Source: an uncultured Actinomycetes bacterium | GTDB taxonomy: Bacteria; Actinomycetota; Acidimicrobiia; IMCC26256; PALSA-555 | Assembly (NCBI GenBank): GCA_963821325.1 | Contig: CAWGDC010000006.1 | Location: forward strand, 474,060 to 538,059 | DNA: 64,000 nt | Direction of reading: 5' to 3' | Shown here: positions 39,243 through 47,493 of the stretch, one piece after another | How positions within the stretch are numbered: the stretch's first letter is position 1 | Layout of the letters: each line of letters begins with the position of its first letter | Notes under the pieces: model-generated | The model's database searches: none | What the model saw: only the letters and a program-made list of their open reading frames with translations | What the model was told of the DNA's origin: nothing | Program-made: the position numbers and the translations under genes

Positions 39243-40727
39243 GTGAGCACCAAGCAGGAGCTCGACGGTGAGCTCCAGAAGGAGCGAGCCCGGATCCGCG
39301 GCGTGGCGATCCGCAGCACGGACATGTCCCGCCAGCTCGACGTCTTTCTCGCCTGCGCGGTCGGCGGCGTCCTCGGCAACCGGTTCTTCTTGGTCTTGAC
39401 CGGCTATCCCCAGGTCGGGAACGGCACGCTCCACATCTCCCATGCCATCTGGGGCGGGCTCATGATGCTGACGGCGCTGGTCATCGCCATCTCGTACATC
39501 TCGCCCGCCGCCCGCGGGGTGGTGGCCGTCCTCGGCGGCGCCGGATTCGGATGGTTCGTCGACGAGATCGGGAAGTTCATCACCCGGGACGTCAACTACT
39601 TCTTCAAGCCGACGCTGGCGCTCATCTACTCGGTGTTCGTGGCGATGTACCTCGTGTTCCGTTCCCTCGAGCGGCGTCACTACCGGCCCGAGGAGGCCAC
39701 GCTCAACGCCCTCGAGGCCATCAAGTCGGCCGCGCTCGGGCGCCTCGACGAGCCGGCGCGGCTGCGGGCGCTGGCCCGGCTCGACGAGACGACGGACGTG
39801 CAGCCCCTCGCCTCCCACGTGCGCGAGCTGCTGCAGGCGGTGCCGACCATCGCAACGCCACCGCAGGGCCGGTGGCACGGGCTGATGTATCGAGCCCTGG
39901 GCGTCTACGAGCGCTGGACCGTCCGACGAGGCTTCACGTTCGTCGTGACCACGTTCTTCGTGGTCCTGGCGAGCTTCGACGTCGCCCAGATCGGCGCGCT
40001 GTACCTCGCCGACACCCGGCTGCACACGTTCTCGCAGTGGGCGACGGCCGGGTCCGCGGTCTTCTCGCTGGCCCTCGTCGTGGTCGGCGCGTGTCTCCTC
40101 CCCCGAGCCCGTCTCACCGCGTTCCGCTGGTTCGAGGCGGGCGTGCTCGTCTCGATCTTCGTCACCCAGGTGTTCCTCTTCGCCGACCGGCAGCTCGCCG
40201 CGGTGCTCAACCTGTTCGTGGCGATCCTCGTGTGGCTCGGCCTGCGCTCGGCGATCCGCCTGGAGGTGCTCGCCCGCGGCGTCCACGAGTCGTATCGGGA
40301 GCGGCGCCGCGCCACGCTGTCCCCCGGGGACTCGGCGCTCGCCGACTGGGACGAGCTCCCGGAGACGCTGCGCGCCTCGAACCGCGATCAGGCGGCCGAC
40401 TTCGTCGCGAAGCTCGAGGCGGTGCAGTGCGGCGTCGTGCGCTACGGAGGCGGCGACCCACCCCCCTTCGTGTTCACGCCCGTGGAGGTGGAGGTCATGG
40501 CTCGGCTCGAGCACGAGCGGTGGGTCGCCGAGCGGACCCGCCAGGGCTGGCGTCTGGGCTCCGACCGCGACCCGGTCGCCAAGACCACCCCGTATCTCGT
40601 CGACTGGAAGGACCTCACCGAGGCCGTCCGCGACCTCGACCGCGACGCCGTGCGGGAGATGCCCAGCCAGCTGGCCCGACGCGGCCTCGCCGTGGTCCGG
40701 CTGGAAACCAGCCCCGCCGCCGGCTGA
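39243..40727 (+). CDS. polytopic (about 8 TM) membrane protein with C-terminal RyR domain
   Basis: In the frame of ORF 38049..40727. GTG at 39243 follows GGAGCGAGG; ATG at 39324 is an alternative start. The hydrophobic helices fall into two groups of four. The C-terminal region (about 40263-40682) has HESYRERR...WDELPETLRASNRDQA and MARLEHERWVAERTRQGWRLGSDRDPVAKTTPYLVDWKDLTEAVRDLDRDAVR, which is the RyR (PF02026-type) signature. Confidence 0.75.
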   Translation: MSTKQELDGELQKERARIRGVAIRSTDMSRQLDVFLACAVGGVLGNRFFLVLTGYPQVGNGTLHISHAIWGGLMMLTALVIAISYISPAARGVVAVLGGAGFGWFVDEIGKFITRDVNYFFKPTLALIYSVFVAMYLVFRSLERRHYRPEEATLNALEAIKSAALGRLDEPARLRALARLDETTDVQPLASHVRELLQAVPTIATPPQGRWHGLMYRALGVYERWTVRRGFTFVVTTFFVVLASFDVAQIGALYLADTRLHTFSQWATAGSAVFSLALVVVGACLLPRARLTAFRWFEAGVLVSIFVTQVFLFADRQLAAVLNLFVAILVWLGLRSAIRLEVLARGVHESYRERRRATLSPGDSALADWDELPETLRASNRDQAADFVAKLEAVQCGVVRYGGGDPPPFVFTPVEVEVMARLEHERWVAERTRQGWRLGSDRDPVAKTTPYLVDWKDLTEAVRDLDRDAVREMPSQLARRGLAVVRLETSPAAG

Positions 40728-40822
40728 CCCCCGCGGGCCGCGACCGCGGCGACGCGAGCAGCTCCGTCCCGGGTCGACACCCCAGAACGGGGCCGCGCGA
40801 CCCCCGTGGGATACTGGACCCG

Positions 40823-42316
40823 ATGGGTGACCGCGGTCTCGGCCACGCCTGCGGGATCTTCGGCGTCTACGCGCCCGGGCAGCCCGTCGCGCAGCTCACC
40901 TACCTCGGCCTCTATGCCCTCCAGCACCGCGGGCAGGAATCCGCGGGCATCGCGGTGAGCGACGGCGAGACCATCACGGTCGTGAAGGACATGGGGCTCG
41001 TCACGCAGGTGTTCGACGAGCGCCGCCTCGCCCCCCTCGACGGTCACCTGGCGATCGGGCACAACCGGTACTCGACGACCGGGTCGAGCACGTGGCGCAA
41101 CGCCCAGCCGGTGTACCGGTCGGTCGGCGACGCCGGGTTCGCGCTGGGCCACAACGGCAACCTCACGAACACCGCGGCGCTCGCCGAGCGGCTCGGGATG
41201 CTGCCCGGCCTCGCCGATTCGTCGGCCGACGTGGACTCGACCACCGACTCGGCGCTGATCGCCGAGCTCGTCGCCCACGAGTACCCGGCCGAGCTGCGCT
41301 CCGACGGACGCGACCTCGAGCTGGCGTTGGAGCGGGTGCTGCCCGGCCTCGCCGGCGGGTTCTCCCTCGTGCTCCTGGACGAGGCCCACCTCATCGCCGT
41401 GCGCGACCGGCACGGCTTCTGGCCGCTCGTCCTCGGCCGGGTCGACGACGGCGGCTGGGTCGTGGCGAGCGAGACCGCGGCGCTCGACATCCTCGGCGCC
41501 CACGTCGTGCGCGAGATCGAACCGGGCGAGATGGTCGTCATCGACGCGTCCGGGCTGCGCGAGCACCGCTTCGCCGACCCGTCACCGTCGCTGTGCCTCT
41601 TCGAGTTCGTCTACTTCGCCCGGCCCGACACCTACCTGTACGGGCGCAACGTCCACGCGGCGCGTCGACGTATGGGCGAGGAGCTCGCGCGGCAGGCACC
41701 GGTCGAGGCCGACATGGTCATGCCCGTCCCCGAATCGGGGATCCCTGCCGCGCAGGGCTACGCGCACGCCTCCGGGATCCCCTACGGCGACGGGCTCGTC
41801 AAGAACCGCTACGTCGGTCGCACCTTCATCGAGCCGAGCCAGCGGCTGCGCAGCGGTGGGGTGCGGCTGAAGCTGAACCCGCTGCCCGAGGCGATCCGCG
41901 GGAAGCGCCTCGTCGTCGTCGAGGACTCGATCGTGCGGGGGACGACCACCCGACAGGTCGTCGCCATGCTCCGCGAGGCCGGCGCCGAGGAGGTGCACCT
42001 GCGCATCTCGTCACCGCCGTACAAGTGGCCCTGCCACTACGGGATGGACACCGGCCGCCGATCCGAGCTGCTCGCCGCCGACCTGTCCGTCGGGGAGATC
42101 GCCGACTACCTCAAGGTCGACTCGCTCGCCTACCTGGAGCTCGACCGGCTCACCCGCGCCACGGGCGCGCCCGCCGACGCGTTCTGCACCGCCTGCCTCT
42201 CCGGCCGCTACCCGGTCCCGGTCCCGGCCGCGGTCGACACGAAGCACGTCCTCGAGGACGGTCGCGTGGCCGACGAGGACCCCTCGCTGCCCGTCGGCCA
42301 CCCCTCGCCGGCGTGA
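40823..42316 (+). CDS. purF: amidophosphoribosyltransferase
   Basis: ATG at 40823 within ORF 39551..42316. It has CGIFGV, the Ntn glutaminase domain, the PRTase motif LVVVEDSIVRGTT and C-terminal Fe-S cysteines. Confidence 0.95.
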   Translation: MGDRGLGHACGIFGVYAPGQPVAQLTYLGLYALQHRGQESAGIAVSDGETITVVKDMGLVTQVFDERRLAPLDGHLAIGHNRYSTTGSSTWRNAQPVYRSVGDAGFALGHNGNLTNTAALAERLGMLPGLADSSADVDSTTDSALIAELVAHEYPAELRSDGRDLELALERVLPGLAGGFSLVLLDEAHLIAVRDRHGFWPLVLGRVDDGGWVVASETAALDILGAHVVREIEPGEMVVIDASGLREHRFADPSPSLCLFEFVYFARPDTYLYGRNVHAARRRMGEELARQAPVEADMVMPVPESGIPAAQGYAHASGIPYGDGLVKNRYVGRTFIEPSQRLRSGGVRLKLNPLPEAIRGKRLVVVEDSIVRGTTTRQVVAMLREAGAEEVHLRISSPPYKWPCHYGMDTGRRSELLAADLSVGEIADYLKVDSLAYLELDRLTRATGAPADAFCTACLSGRYPVPVPAAVDTKHVLEDGRVADEDPSLPVGHPSPA

Positions 42317-43374
42317 AGCCTCGCCGCGGCGAGGCGGCGCGCCTGACCTACGCCGACGCCGGCGTCGACATCGCCGCCGGCGAGAAGGCGGTCGAGCGCA
42401 TCAAGGACCACGTGCGCTCCACGTTCCGGCCCGGGGTGCTCGGCGACGTCGGCGGCTTCGGCGGGCTGTTCGACATCGGGCGGCTCGGCTACCACGATCC
42501 GCTGCTCGTCTCGTCGACCGACGGGGTCGGCACCAAGTCGGTCGTCGCCCGCCAGGTCGGCCGGTACGACACGATCGGGATCGACTGCGTCGCCATGTCG
42601 GTGGACGACATCGCGGCGCACGGCGCCGACCCGCTCTTCTTCCTCGACTACATCTCGGTCGGCCGCCTCGACCCCGACCGGATCGACGACCTCGTCGCCG
42701 GCGTCGCGCGCGGCTGCCGCGACGCCGGCTGCGCGCTCCTCGGCGGCGAGATGTCCGAGCATCCCGGCGTCCTCGAACCCGGCGCCTTCGACCTGGTCGG
42801 CTTCGCCGTCGGGGTCGTCGAACGCGCCCAGCTGCTCCCCGCCGGGGTCACCCCCGGGGACCACATCGTCGGCCTCGCCAGCCCCGGGTTGCGCTGCAAC
42901 GGCTACTCCCTCGCCCGCGAAGCGTTCGACCGCGCCGGGCGCTCCCTCGACGGGGCCGCCTGGCCGGGCGCCCGCCACACGCTCGGCGCCGAGCTGCTGC
43001 GCCCGAGCGTGATCTACGCGCCCGCGCTGGCCGACCTCCGCCGACGCGTCGACGTGCACGCCCTCGCGCACATCACCGGCGGCGGCGTCGCCGCCAACCT
43101 CGCACGCGTCCTCCCCGACCGATGCGACGCGGTCATCCGGCGGGGCGCGTGGGAGGTGCCGAGGATCTTCTCCGTCGTGCAGGCCGCCGGCGACATCCTC
43201 GACGACGAGATGGAGCACGTCTTCAACCTGGGGCTCGGCATGCTCGTCGTCGTCGGCGCCGACCACGGGCACCGGGCCCTCGACGCGCTGCGAGCCGCTG
43301 GGCAGCAGGCCTCGATCGTCGGCACGGTGCAGGCCGGCCACGGCCGTGTCATGTTTTCGGACGCTGCGGGGTAA
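42313..43374 (+). CDS. purM: phosphoribosylformylglycinamidine cyclo-ligase
   Basis: GTG at 42313 overlaps the purF stop (GTGA). It has YADAGVDI, STDGVGTK and GGEMSEHPG. Confidence 0.95.
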   Translation: MKPRRGEAARLTYADAGVDIAAGEKAVERIKDHVRSTFRPGVLGDVGGFGGLFDIGRLGYHDPLLVSSTDGVGTKSVVARQVGRYDTIGIDCVAMSVDDIAAHGADPLFFLDYISVGRLDPDRIDDLVAGVARGCRDAGCALLGGEMSEHPGVLEPGAFDLVGFAVGVVERAQLLPAGVTPGDHIVGLASPGLRCNGYSLAREAFDRAGRSLDGAAWPGARHTLGAELLRPSVIYAPALADLRRRVDVHALAHITGGGVAANLARVLPDRCDAVIRRGAWEVPRIFSVVQAAGDILDDEMEHVFNLGLGMLVVVGADHGHRALDALRAAGQQASIVGTVQAGHGRVMFSDAAG

Positions 43375-43445
43375 CCTCCCCAGGGGAGCGGGGCACAAAC
43401 GCCACAGAACGGACGACCGGCGCCGGCCGAGGATGCGAGCGACAG

Positions 43446-43682
43446 ATGCAACCCACCCCGGAGCACGCCCCCCAGAACCGACGCCCTGCGGCGCCCGAGC
43501 AAGAGGAGCTGCTCACCCCGTCCGAGGTCGCGGCCATGTTCCGGGTGAACCCCAAGACCGTCACGCGGTGGGCCCGCTCCGGGAAGATCTCCGCCATCCG
43601 CACCCTCGGCGGGCATCGCCGCTTCCGCAAGAGCGAGATCACCCGCATCCTCGACGACGGCGGCGACGGCTCCGGCGCCTGA
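43446..43682 (+). CDS. BldC-like / excisionase-family MerR-type HTH DNA-binding protein
   Basis: ATG at 43446 in ORF 43122..43682. It has LLTPSEVAAMFRVNPKTVTRWARSGKISAIRTLGGHRRFRKSEI. Its position after purF-purM matches the BldC neighbourhood in Streptomyces. Confidence 0.75.
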   Translation: MQPTPEHAPQNRRPAAPEQEELLTPSEVAAMFRVNPKTVTRWARSGKISAIRTLGGHRRFRKSEITRILDDGGDGSGA

Positions 43683-43704
43683 GCGCCGTCTCGAGCTGGT
43701 CCGG

Positions 43705-43777
43705 TGGCCGGGGCCGGCGTCGATCCGGCGACCCCGCGCTTTTCAGGCGCGTGCTCTGCCAACTGAGCTACCCGGCC
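43705..43777 (-). tRNA. tRNA-Phe (anticodon GAA)
   Basis: Hand fold: acceptor GGCCGGG/CCCGGCC, D-arm GCTC-AGTTGGCA-GAGC, anticodon arm CGCGC-CTGAAAA-GCGCG, T-arm GCCGG-ATCGACG-CCGGC (A at position 54). Confidence 0.88.
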
Positions 43778-43801
43778 GCGTCGACGCCGCAGCGTCGTCG
43801 G

Positions 43802-43876
43802 CGGTCCTGACGGGATTTGAACCCGCGGCCTCCGCCTTGACAGGGCGGCGTGCACTCCAAACTGCACCACAGGACC
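43802..43876 (-). tRNA. tRNA-Asp (anticodon GTC)
   Basis: Hand fold: acceptor GGTCCTG/CAGGACC, anticodon arm CCGCC-CTGTCAA-GGCGG, T-arm GCGGG-TTCAAAT-CCCGT. Confidence 0.92.
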
Positions 43877-43903
43877 TCGAGGAGCGGCGCGTTCGCCGTC
43901 CCG

Positions 43904-43976
43904 TGCCCCCAGGGGAATTCGAATCCCCGTTACCGCCTTGAAAGGGCGGCGTCCTGGGCCACTAGACGATGGGGGC
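43904..43976 (-). tRNA. tRNA-Glu (anticodon TTC)
   Basis: Hand fold: acceptor GCCCCCA/TGGGGGC, anticodon arm CCGCC-CTTTCAA-GGCGG, T-arm GGGGA-TTCGAAT-TCCCC. Confidence 0.92.
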
Positions 43977-44205
43977 TCAGCTCCCCGGAAGGGCACTGCA
44001 TCGTATCAGCGGCGCCCGCCGATCCACCGGGCCCGACATGCACGCGCACGCCGCACCGCGCACCGCGGCGTCGACCTCGGGAGGTGCTGAGCGACGCGAC
44101 GACGGCGCGCCACATGGTCGCGCACCGCGTCGCGGTGTGCCGCCCCGATACCCTGAACGACGGGTGGTGCCGCCGTGTTTGGCGCTACCACACGTCGTCC
44201 ACCTC

Positions 44206-44278
44206 GGGTCGCTAGCTCAACTGGCAGAGCAACGGGCTTTTAACCCGGTGGTTCAGGGTTCGAGTCCCTGGCGGCCCA
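44206..44278 (+). tRNA. tRNA-Lys (anticodon TTT)
   Basis: Hand fold: acceptor GGGTCGC/GCGGCCC (one G-T pair), D-arm GCTC-AACTGGCA-GAGC, anticodon arm ACGGG-CTTTTAA-CCCGG, T-arm CAGGG-TTCGAGT-CCCTG. Confidence 0.92.
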
Positions 44279-45895
44279 CTCGTGCGCAGCGTCGAGCGCG
44301 CACGCATCCCGCCACCTCTCAGGTCGGTGTCGCCGAGCTCGGCGCCGTGTGGTCCCGATCGGCGGTCTCGCTCGTGGGTCCCTCGGTCGAGAGGCGCGCC
44401 GCTTGGGTGACGAGGTAGCGCCGCTCCCGACGTTCGTCGTCCGGGCCGCGGCGGTCCGGAACTCGGCGATCGCGGCCGTGACGAACGTCTCTTGGGATTC
44501 TCCAGCCAGTGCCGTGTCTGGTTGTCACAAGTGGGTGCTGGTGTTGGGGGGTGCTGTTTCGCACGGCTCGTGTGCAGCTTCGAGTGACGCCGGCGCAGCG
44601 TCGACGGCTCGTCGGGTTGTTGCGAGCGGGTGGGGATGTGTGGGCGGCGCTCATCGAGGTGAACGAGGCTCGGTTCCGCCGCCACGCCAGGCCGATCTTC
44701 GGGTATCAGGCGTGGTGTTGCGAGATCGCCGGCGTGGAGGTTGGGGAGCTGTCGGTGGCGGCGATGCGCTCGGTGGTGCGCCGCTACTCGAGCGCCTGCT
44801 GTGAGGTCGCGAAGCGTAAGCGGGCCGGCGAACGGGCCCGCTACCCGCGCCGCAAACGGGGCCTGGTCCCGCTGCGCTGGTCCACCGGCACCTTCAGCGT
44901 CGAGGGTCGGCGGGTGCGCGTATCGATGGCCCAAGGTGTGGCACCGTGCTGGCTGCGGTTGTCCCGCCCGATCCCGTATCCGACCGCGTCGGTGCGTTCG
45001 GTGACCCTGCTGGTCGACGCGGGGCGCCTCGTCCTCGACGTGACCGCCGGCCTCGAGGTCGAGGACCACGACCTGGACCCAACCCGCGTCGCCGGCGTCG
45101 ATCTCGGGATCATCCACCCCATCGCCGCTCGCAGCGCCGAGCAGGCACTGCTGGTCTCGGGGCGGGCCCTGCGCGCCGAAGACCGCCTGCACCTCGCTGA
45201 CACCAAAGCCCGCCACCGCAAGATGGACCCCAGAAAACCCCGACCCGGGCAGCGAGGCTCGCGGCGCTGGCGACAGCTCCGGGCCAAGCAGCGCCGCGCC
45301 GCGGCCGCGAACCAGCGCCGGGTCCGCCAAGCTCACCACGAAGCCGCCCGAACCCTCATCGACTGGGCCATCGCCCAACGCATCGGCACCCTCGTCGTCG
45401 GCGACCCCAAAGGCATCACCACCAAAGATGCCGGGGCGGTGCACAACCGGCGGCTGCGCAGCTGGCGGCGCACGCATCTCATGGGCGCCATCACCGACAA
45501 AGCCGAACGGGCCGGCCTCACCGTCGAACGCGTCAACGAACGCGGCACCTCCAGCACCTGTCCCCACTGCCGTCACCGGGTCCCCAAACCCTCGGGACGC
45601 AACTTCTCGTGTCCCCACTGTGGACACGACGGGCATCGCGACCTCGTCGCCGCCCACAACATCGCCGCCACACGCGGCGGAACCATCACGACCAGACAAG
45701 TGGTCGTGGAGCACCGTCGCGTCGGAACCCCGACCCAGCGACGTGACCGCCGCCGCCACCACATGGACCAGCGTCGGTCCTGCCCGGCCCCGGGCCGCCC
45801 CGCCACCCCCGACGGGGAGTCGCTCGCAGCACACCACGCCTGCGAGGATCAACCAACCCCGCGCCCTACCAGCGCACACGTTGGCTGACGAGGCA
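44279..45895 (+). mobile_element. solo-tnpB IS200/IS605-family (IS1341-like) element; ends not defined (maximal bounds given)
   Basis: The tnpB ORF with no tnpA fills the interval between tRNA-Lys (ends 44278) and the stop of the next gene (45896). Subterminal hairpin candidates lie at 44331-44344, 44429-44489 and 45823-45846. Confidence 0.5.
44551..45888 (+). CDS. tnpB: RNA-guided endonuclease TnpB (IS200/IS605 OrfB family)
   Basis: ORF 44509..45888; GTG at 44551 or 44509. The split RuvC is present: RVAGVDLGIIHP (D), QAHHEAARTLIDWA (E), GHRDLVAAHNIA (D). The zinc ribbon is CPHCRH...CPHCGH. Confidence 0.9.
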   Translation: MLFRTARVQLRVTPAQRRRLVGLLRAGGDVWAALIEVNEARFRRHARPIFGYQAWCCEIAGVEVGELSVAAMRSVVRRYSSACCEVAKRKRAGERARYPRRKRGLVPLRWSTGTFSVEGRRVRVSMAQGVAPCWLRLSRPIPYPTASVRSVTLLVDAGRLVLDVTAGLEVEDHDLDPTRVAGVDLGIIHPIAARSAEQALLVSGRALRAEDRLHLADTKARHRKMDPRKPRPGQRGSRRWRQLRAKQRRAAAANQRRVRQAHHEAARTLIDWAIAQRIGTLVVGDPKGITTKDAGAVHNRRLRSWRRTHLMGAITDKAERAGLTVERVNERGTSSTCPHCRHRVPKPSGRNFSCPHCGHDGHRDLVAAHNIAATRGGTITTRQVVVEHRRVGTPTQRRDRRRHHMDQRRSCPAPGRPATPDGESLAAHHACEDQPTPRPTSAHVG

Positions 45896-46450
45896 CTACG
45901 CGGGCCGGCCGCTGAAGTTCAAGAGCCGGGTCTGGGCGTCGGCGCCCGGTCGGGGCTCGATCTTCGGCGCGAACCCGCCGGGTCGGCGCAGGGCCTCGTC
46001 GAGGGGCGCGAGGAACTCGCTGGCCTTGGCGACGGCGGTGGGGTTGAGCCGGTCGTCCTGGCCCGTGGCCCGGGCGAGGTCCCAGGTATGCACCAGCGTG
46101 TCGGCGCAGAGGAGCCGGCCCACCAGCGTCTCGAAGGGCTGCTCGCCGAAGGGGCCGCCGCTGATCACGCGTGTGGCCTGGTCGGGGTCGTGCAGCGCGT
46201 CGCGGACCGCGGCCGTCGCCGCTGTCCACCGCGCGGGGAGCTCGGTGTCGGCGTCGGCGGCGGGCGGCTCGGACCCGTCGAGGCCGGCCAGCACCCGGTG
46301 GTGGGTGTCGATCACGTGCGCCACGACCTCGCGGGCGTCCCAGTCGGTGCACGGCGACGGCGCGGCCCAGCCGCCGTCCGACGAGATGCCGGCCACGCGG
46401 GCCGTGAAGCCGTCGGCGATCGTCTCGTACCGGTCGGACACCTCGGTCAT
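45896..46450 (-). CDS. DinB-superfamily / TIGR03086-like mycothiol-maleylpyruvate-isomerase N-terminal domain protein
   Basis: ORF 45896..46450(-), 184 aa. It has PSPCTDWDAREVVAHVI and ADTLVHTWDLARATG. Confidence 0.7.
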   Translation of the reverse strand: MTEVSDRYETIADGFTARVAGISSDGGWAAPSPCTDWDAREVVAHVIDTHHRVLAGLDGSEPPAADADTELPARWTAATAAVRDALHDPDQATRVISGGPFGEQPFETLVGRLLCADTLVHTWDLARATGQDDRLNPTAVAKASEFLAPLDEALRRPGGFAPKIEPRPGADAQTRLLNFSGRPA

Positions 46451-46534
46451 CGCCGGGACCGTACCGCGCCGGCTGCTCGACGCCGGAGGCCGACCGCGAC
46501 GCCCCCGAGAGGGGCACGACGCCCCACCGCCGCG

Positions 46535-47182
46535 TCAGCCCGTGGCGCCGAGCCCCGTCGGGCAGGAGACCCCGGTCCCGCCGAGCCCGCAATACCCGAA
46601 CGGGTTCTTCGCCAGGTACTGCTGGTGGTACGGCTCGGCGTAGTAGAACTCGCCGGCCGGCTCCACGTCCGTGGTGATCGTGCCGCGGCCGGCGTCCGCC
46701 AGCGCGGCCTGATACCGCGCCAGGGACGCGCGCGCCGCGCTCGCCTGCGCGTCGTCGGTCGTGTAGATCGCCGAGCGGTACTGGCTCCCGACGTCGTTGC
46801 CCTGACGCATCCCCTGCGTGGGGTCGTGGTGCTCCCAGAACGTGCGCAGCAGCGTCTCGTACGACAGCACCGCCGGGTCGAACACGACGAGCACCGCCTC
46901 GGCGTGTCCCGTCCGGCCCGAGCACACCTCCTCATAGGTCGGGTTCGGCGTGAAGCCCCCGGCGTAGCCGACCGCGGTCGTGTAGACGCCGGGCAGGCTC
47001 CAGTACTGCTTCTCGGCGCCCCAGAAGCAGCCCATCGCGAACTCGGCGCGGGCGAGGCCGTCCGGGAACGGCGGGACCTGGGGCGTGTCGAGCACGGCGT
47101 GGCGCCCGAGGCCCGGCATGGGCTCCGCTCGTCCGGGCAGCGCCCGATCCCGGTCGACCAGCTTCGTCTTCGCTCCGAACAT
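46535..47182 (-). CDS. msrA: peptide-methionine (S)-S-oxide reductase
   Basis: ATG at 47182 (GGGAGA upstream) within ORF 46535..47239(-). It has [17 protein letters not shown] and YHQQYL. Confidence 0.92.
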   Translation of the reverse strand: MFGAKTKLVDRDRALPGRAEPMPGLGRHAVLDTPQVPPFPDGLARAEFAMGCFWGAEKQYWSLPGVYTTAVGYAGGFTPNPTYEEVCSGRTGHAEAVLVVFDPAVLSYETLLRTFWEHHDPTQGMRQGNDVGSQYRSAIYTTDDAQASAARASLARYQAALADAGRGTITTDVEPAGEFYYAEPYHQQYLAKNPFGYCGLGGTGVSCPTGLGATG

Positions 47183-47493
47183 CGTCGTCTCCCGTTCGCG
47201 GCCGCCCCACGTTACGGCCGTCCGGCCGGGTCTTCTCACCGGCTTCGCGCGCCGTTCACGGGTCGGTCACGCGACCGCAACCGGCGCCGGGCACCATCGG
47301 GGGACCAGCGCGACGCCCGCCGGGCCGGTACCGCTTCCCCCCGGCCGGCCCACGGGCGTCGCCTCCGGTACCGAGGCTCCCCTCGGCCATCGCGACGGCG
47401 ACGGCCCACCTGAGCGGCCAGGTCGGGATCGGGCGGTCCGGATTCGTTGCGCCAGAACGGCCGCGAGACGCCTCGTGCCATGATGCCCGCCCG

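Noticed and set aside
38927-39379. 151-aa N-terminal extension of the TIR ORF back to the ORF-track start.
   Set aside because: The extension is Arg/Pro/Ala/Gly-rich junk. The TIR beta-A strand (VFVSYA) starts right after a GTG at 38926 that has a GGAG upstream. The extension would also overlap the divergent gene's start region.
37389-40514. 1041-aa minus-strand ORF spanning the WD40 region, the intergenic region and the RyR gene.
   Set aside because: It is off-frame or antisense to two well-supported genes. Its translation is an Arg/Pro/Gly string with no domain signatures.
39551-40822. A 5-prime extension of the purF ORF (921 aa in the track).
   Set aside because: The upstream 424 aa are off-frame to the RyR gene and Arg/Pro-rich. 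PurF starts at the ATG at 40823, giving the mature N-terminal CGIFGV motif in its expected position.
43690-44300. An integrase or prophage at the four-tRNA cluster.
   Set aside because: No integrase-like ORF or long att-type direct repeat is visible. The only mobile gene is tnpB, downstream of tRNA-Lys.
44212-45879. 555-aa minus-strand ORF covering the tnpB element.
   Set aside because: It is antisense to tnpB, whose RuvC and zinc-ribbon motifs are clear, and it has no recognisable motifs of its own.
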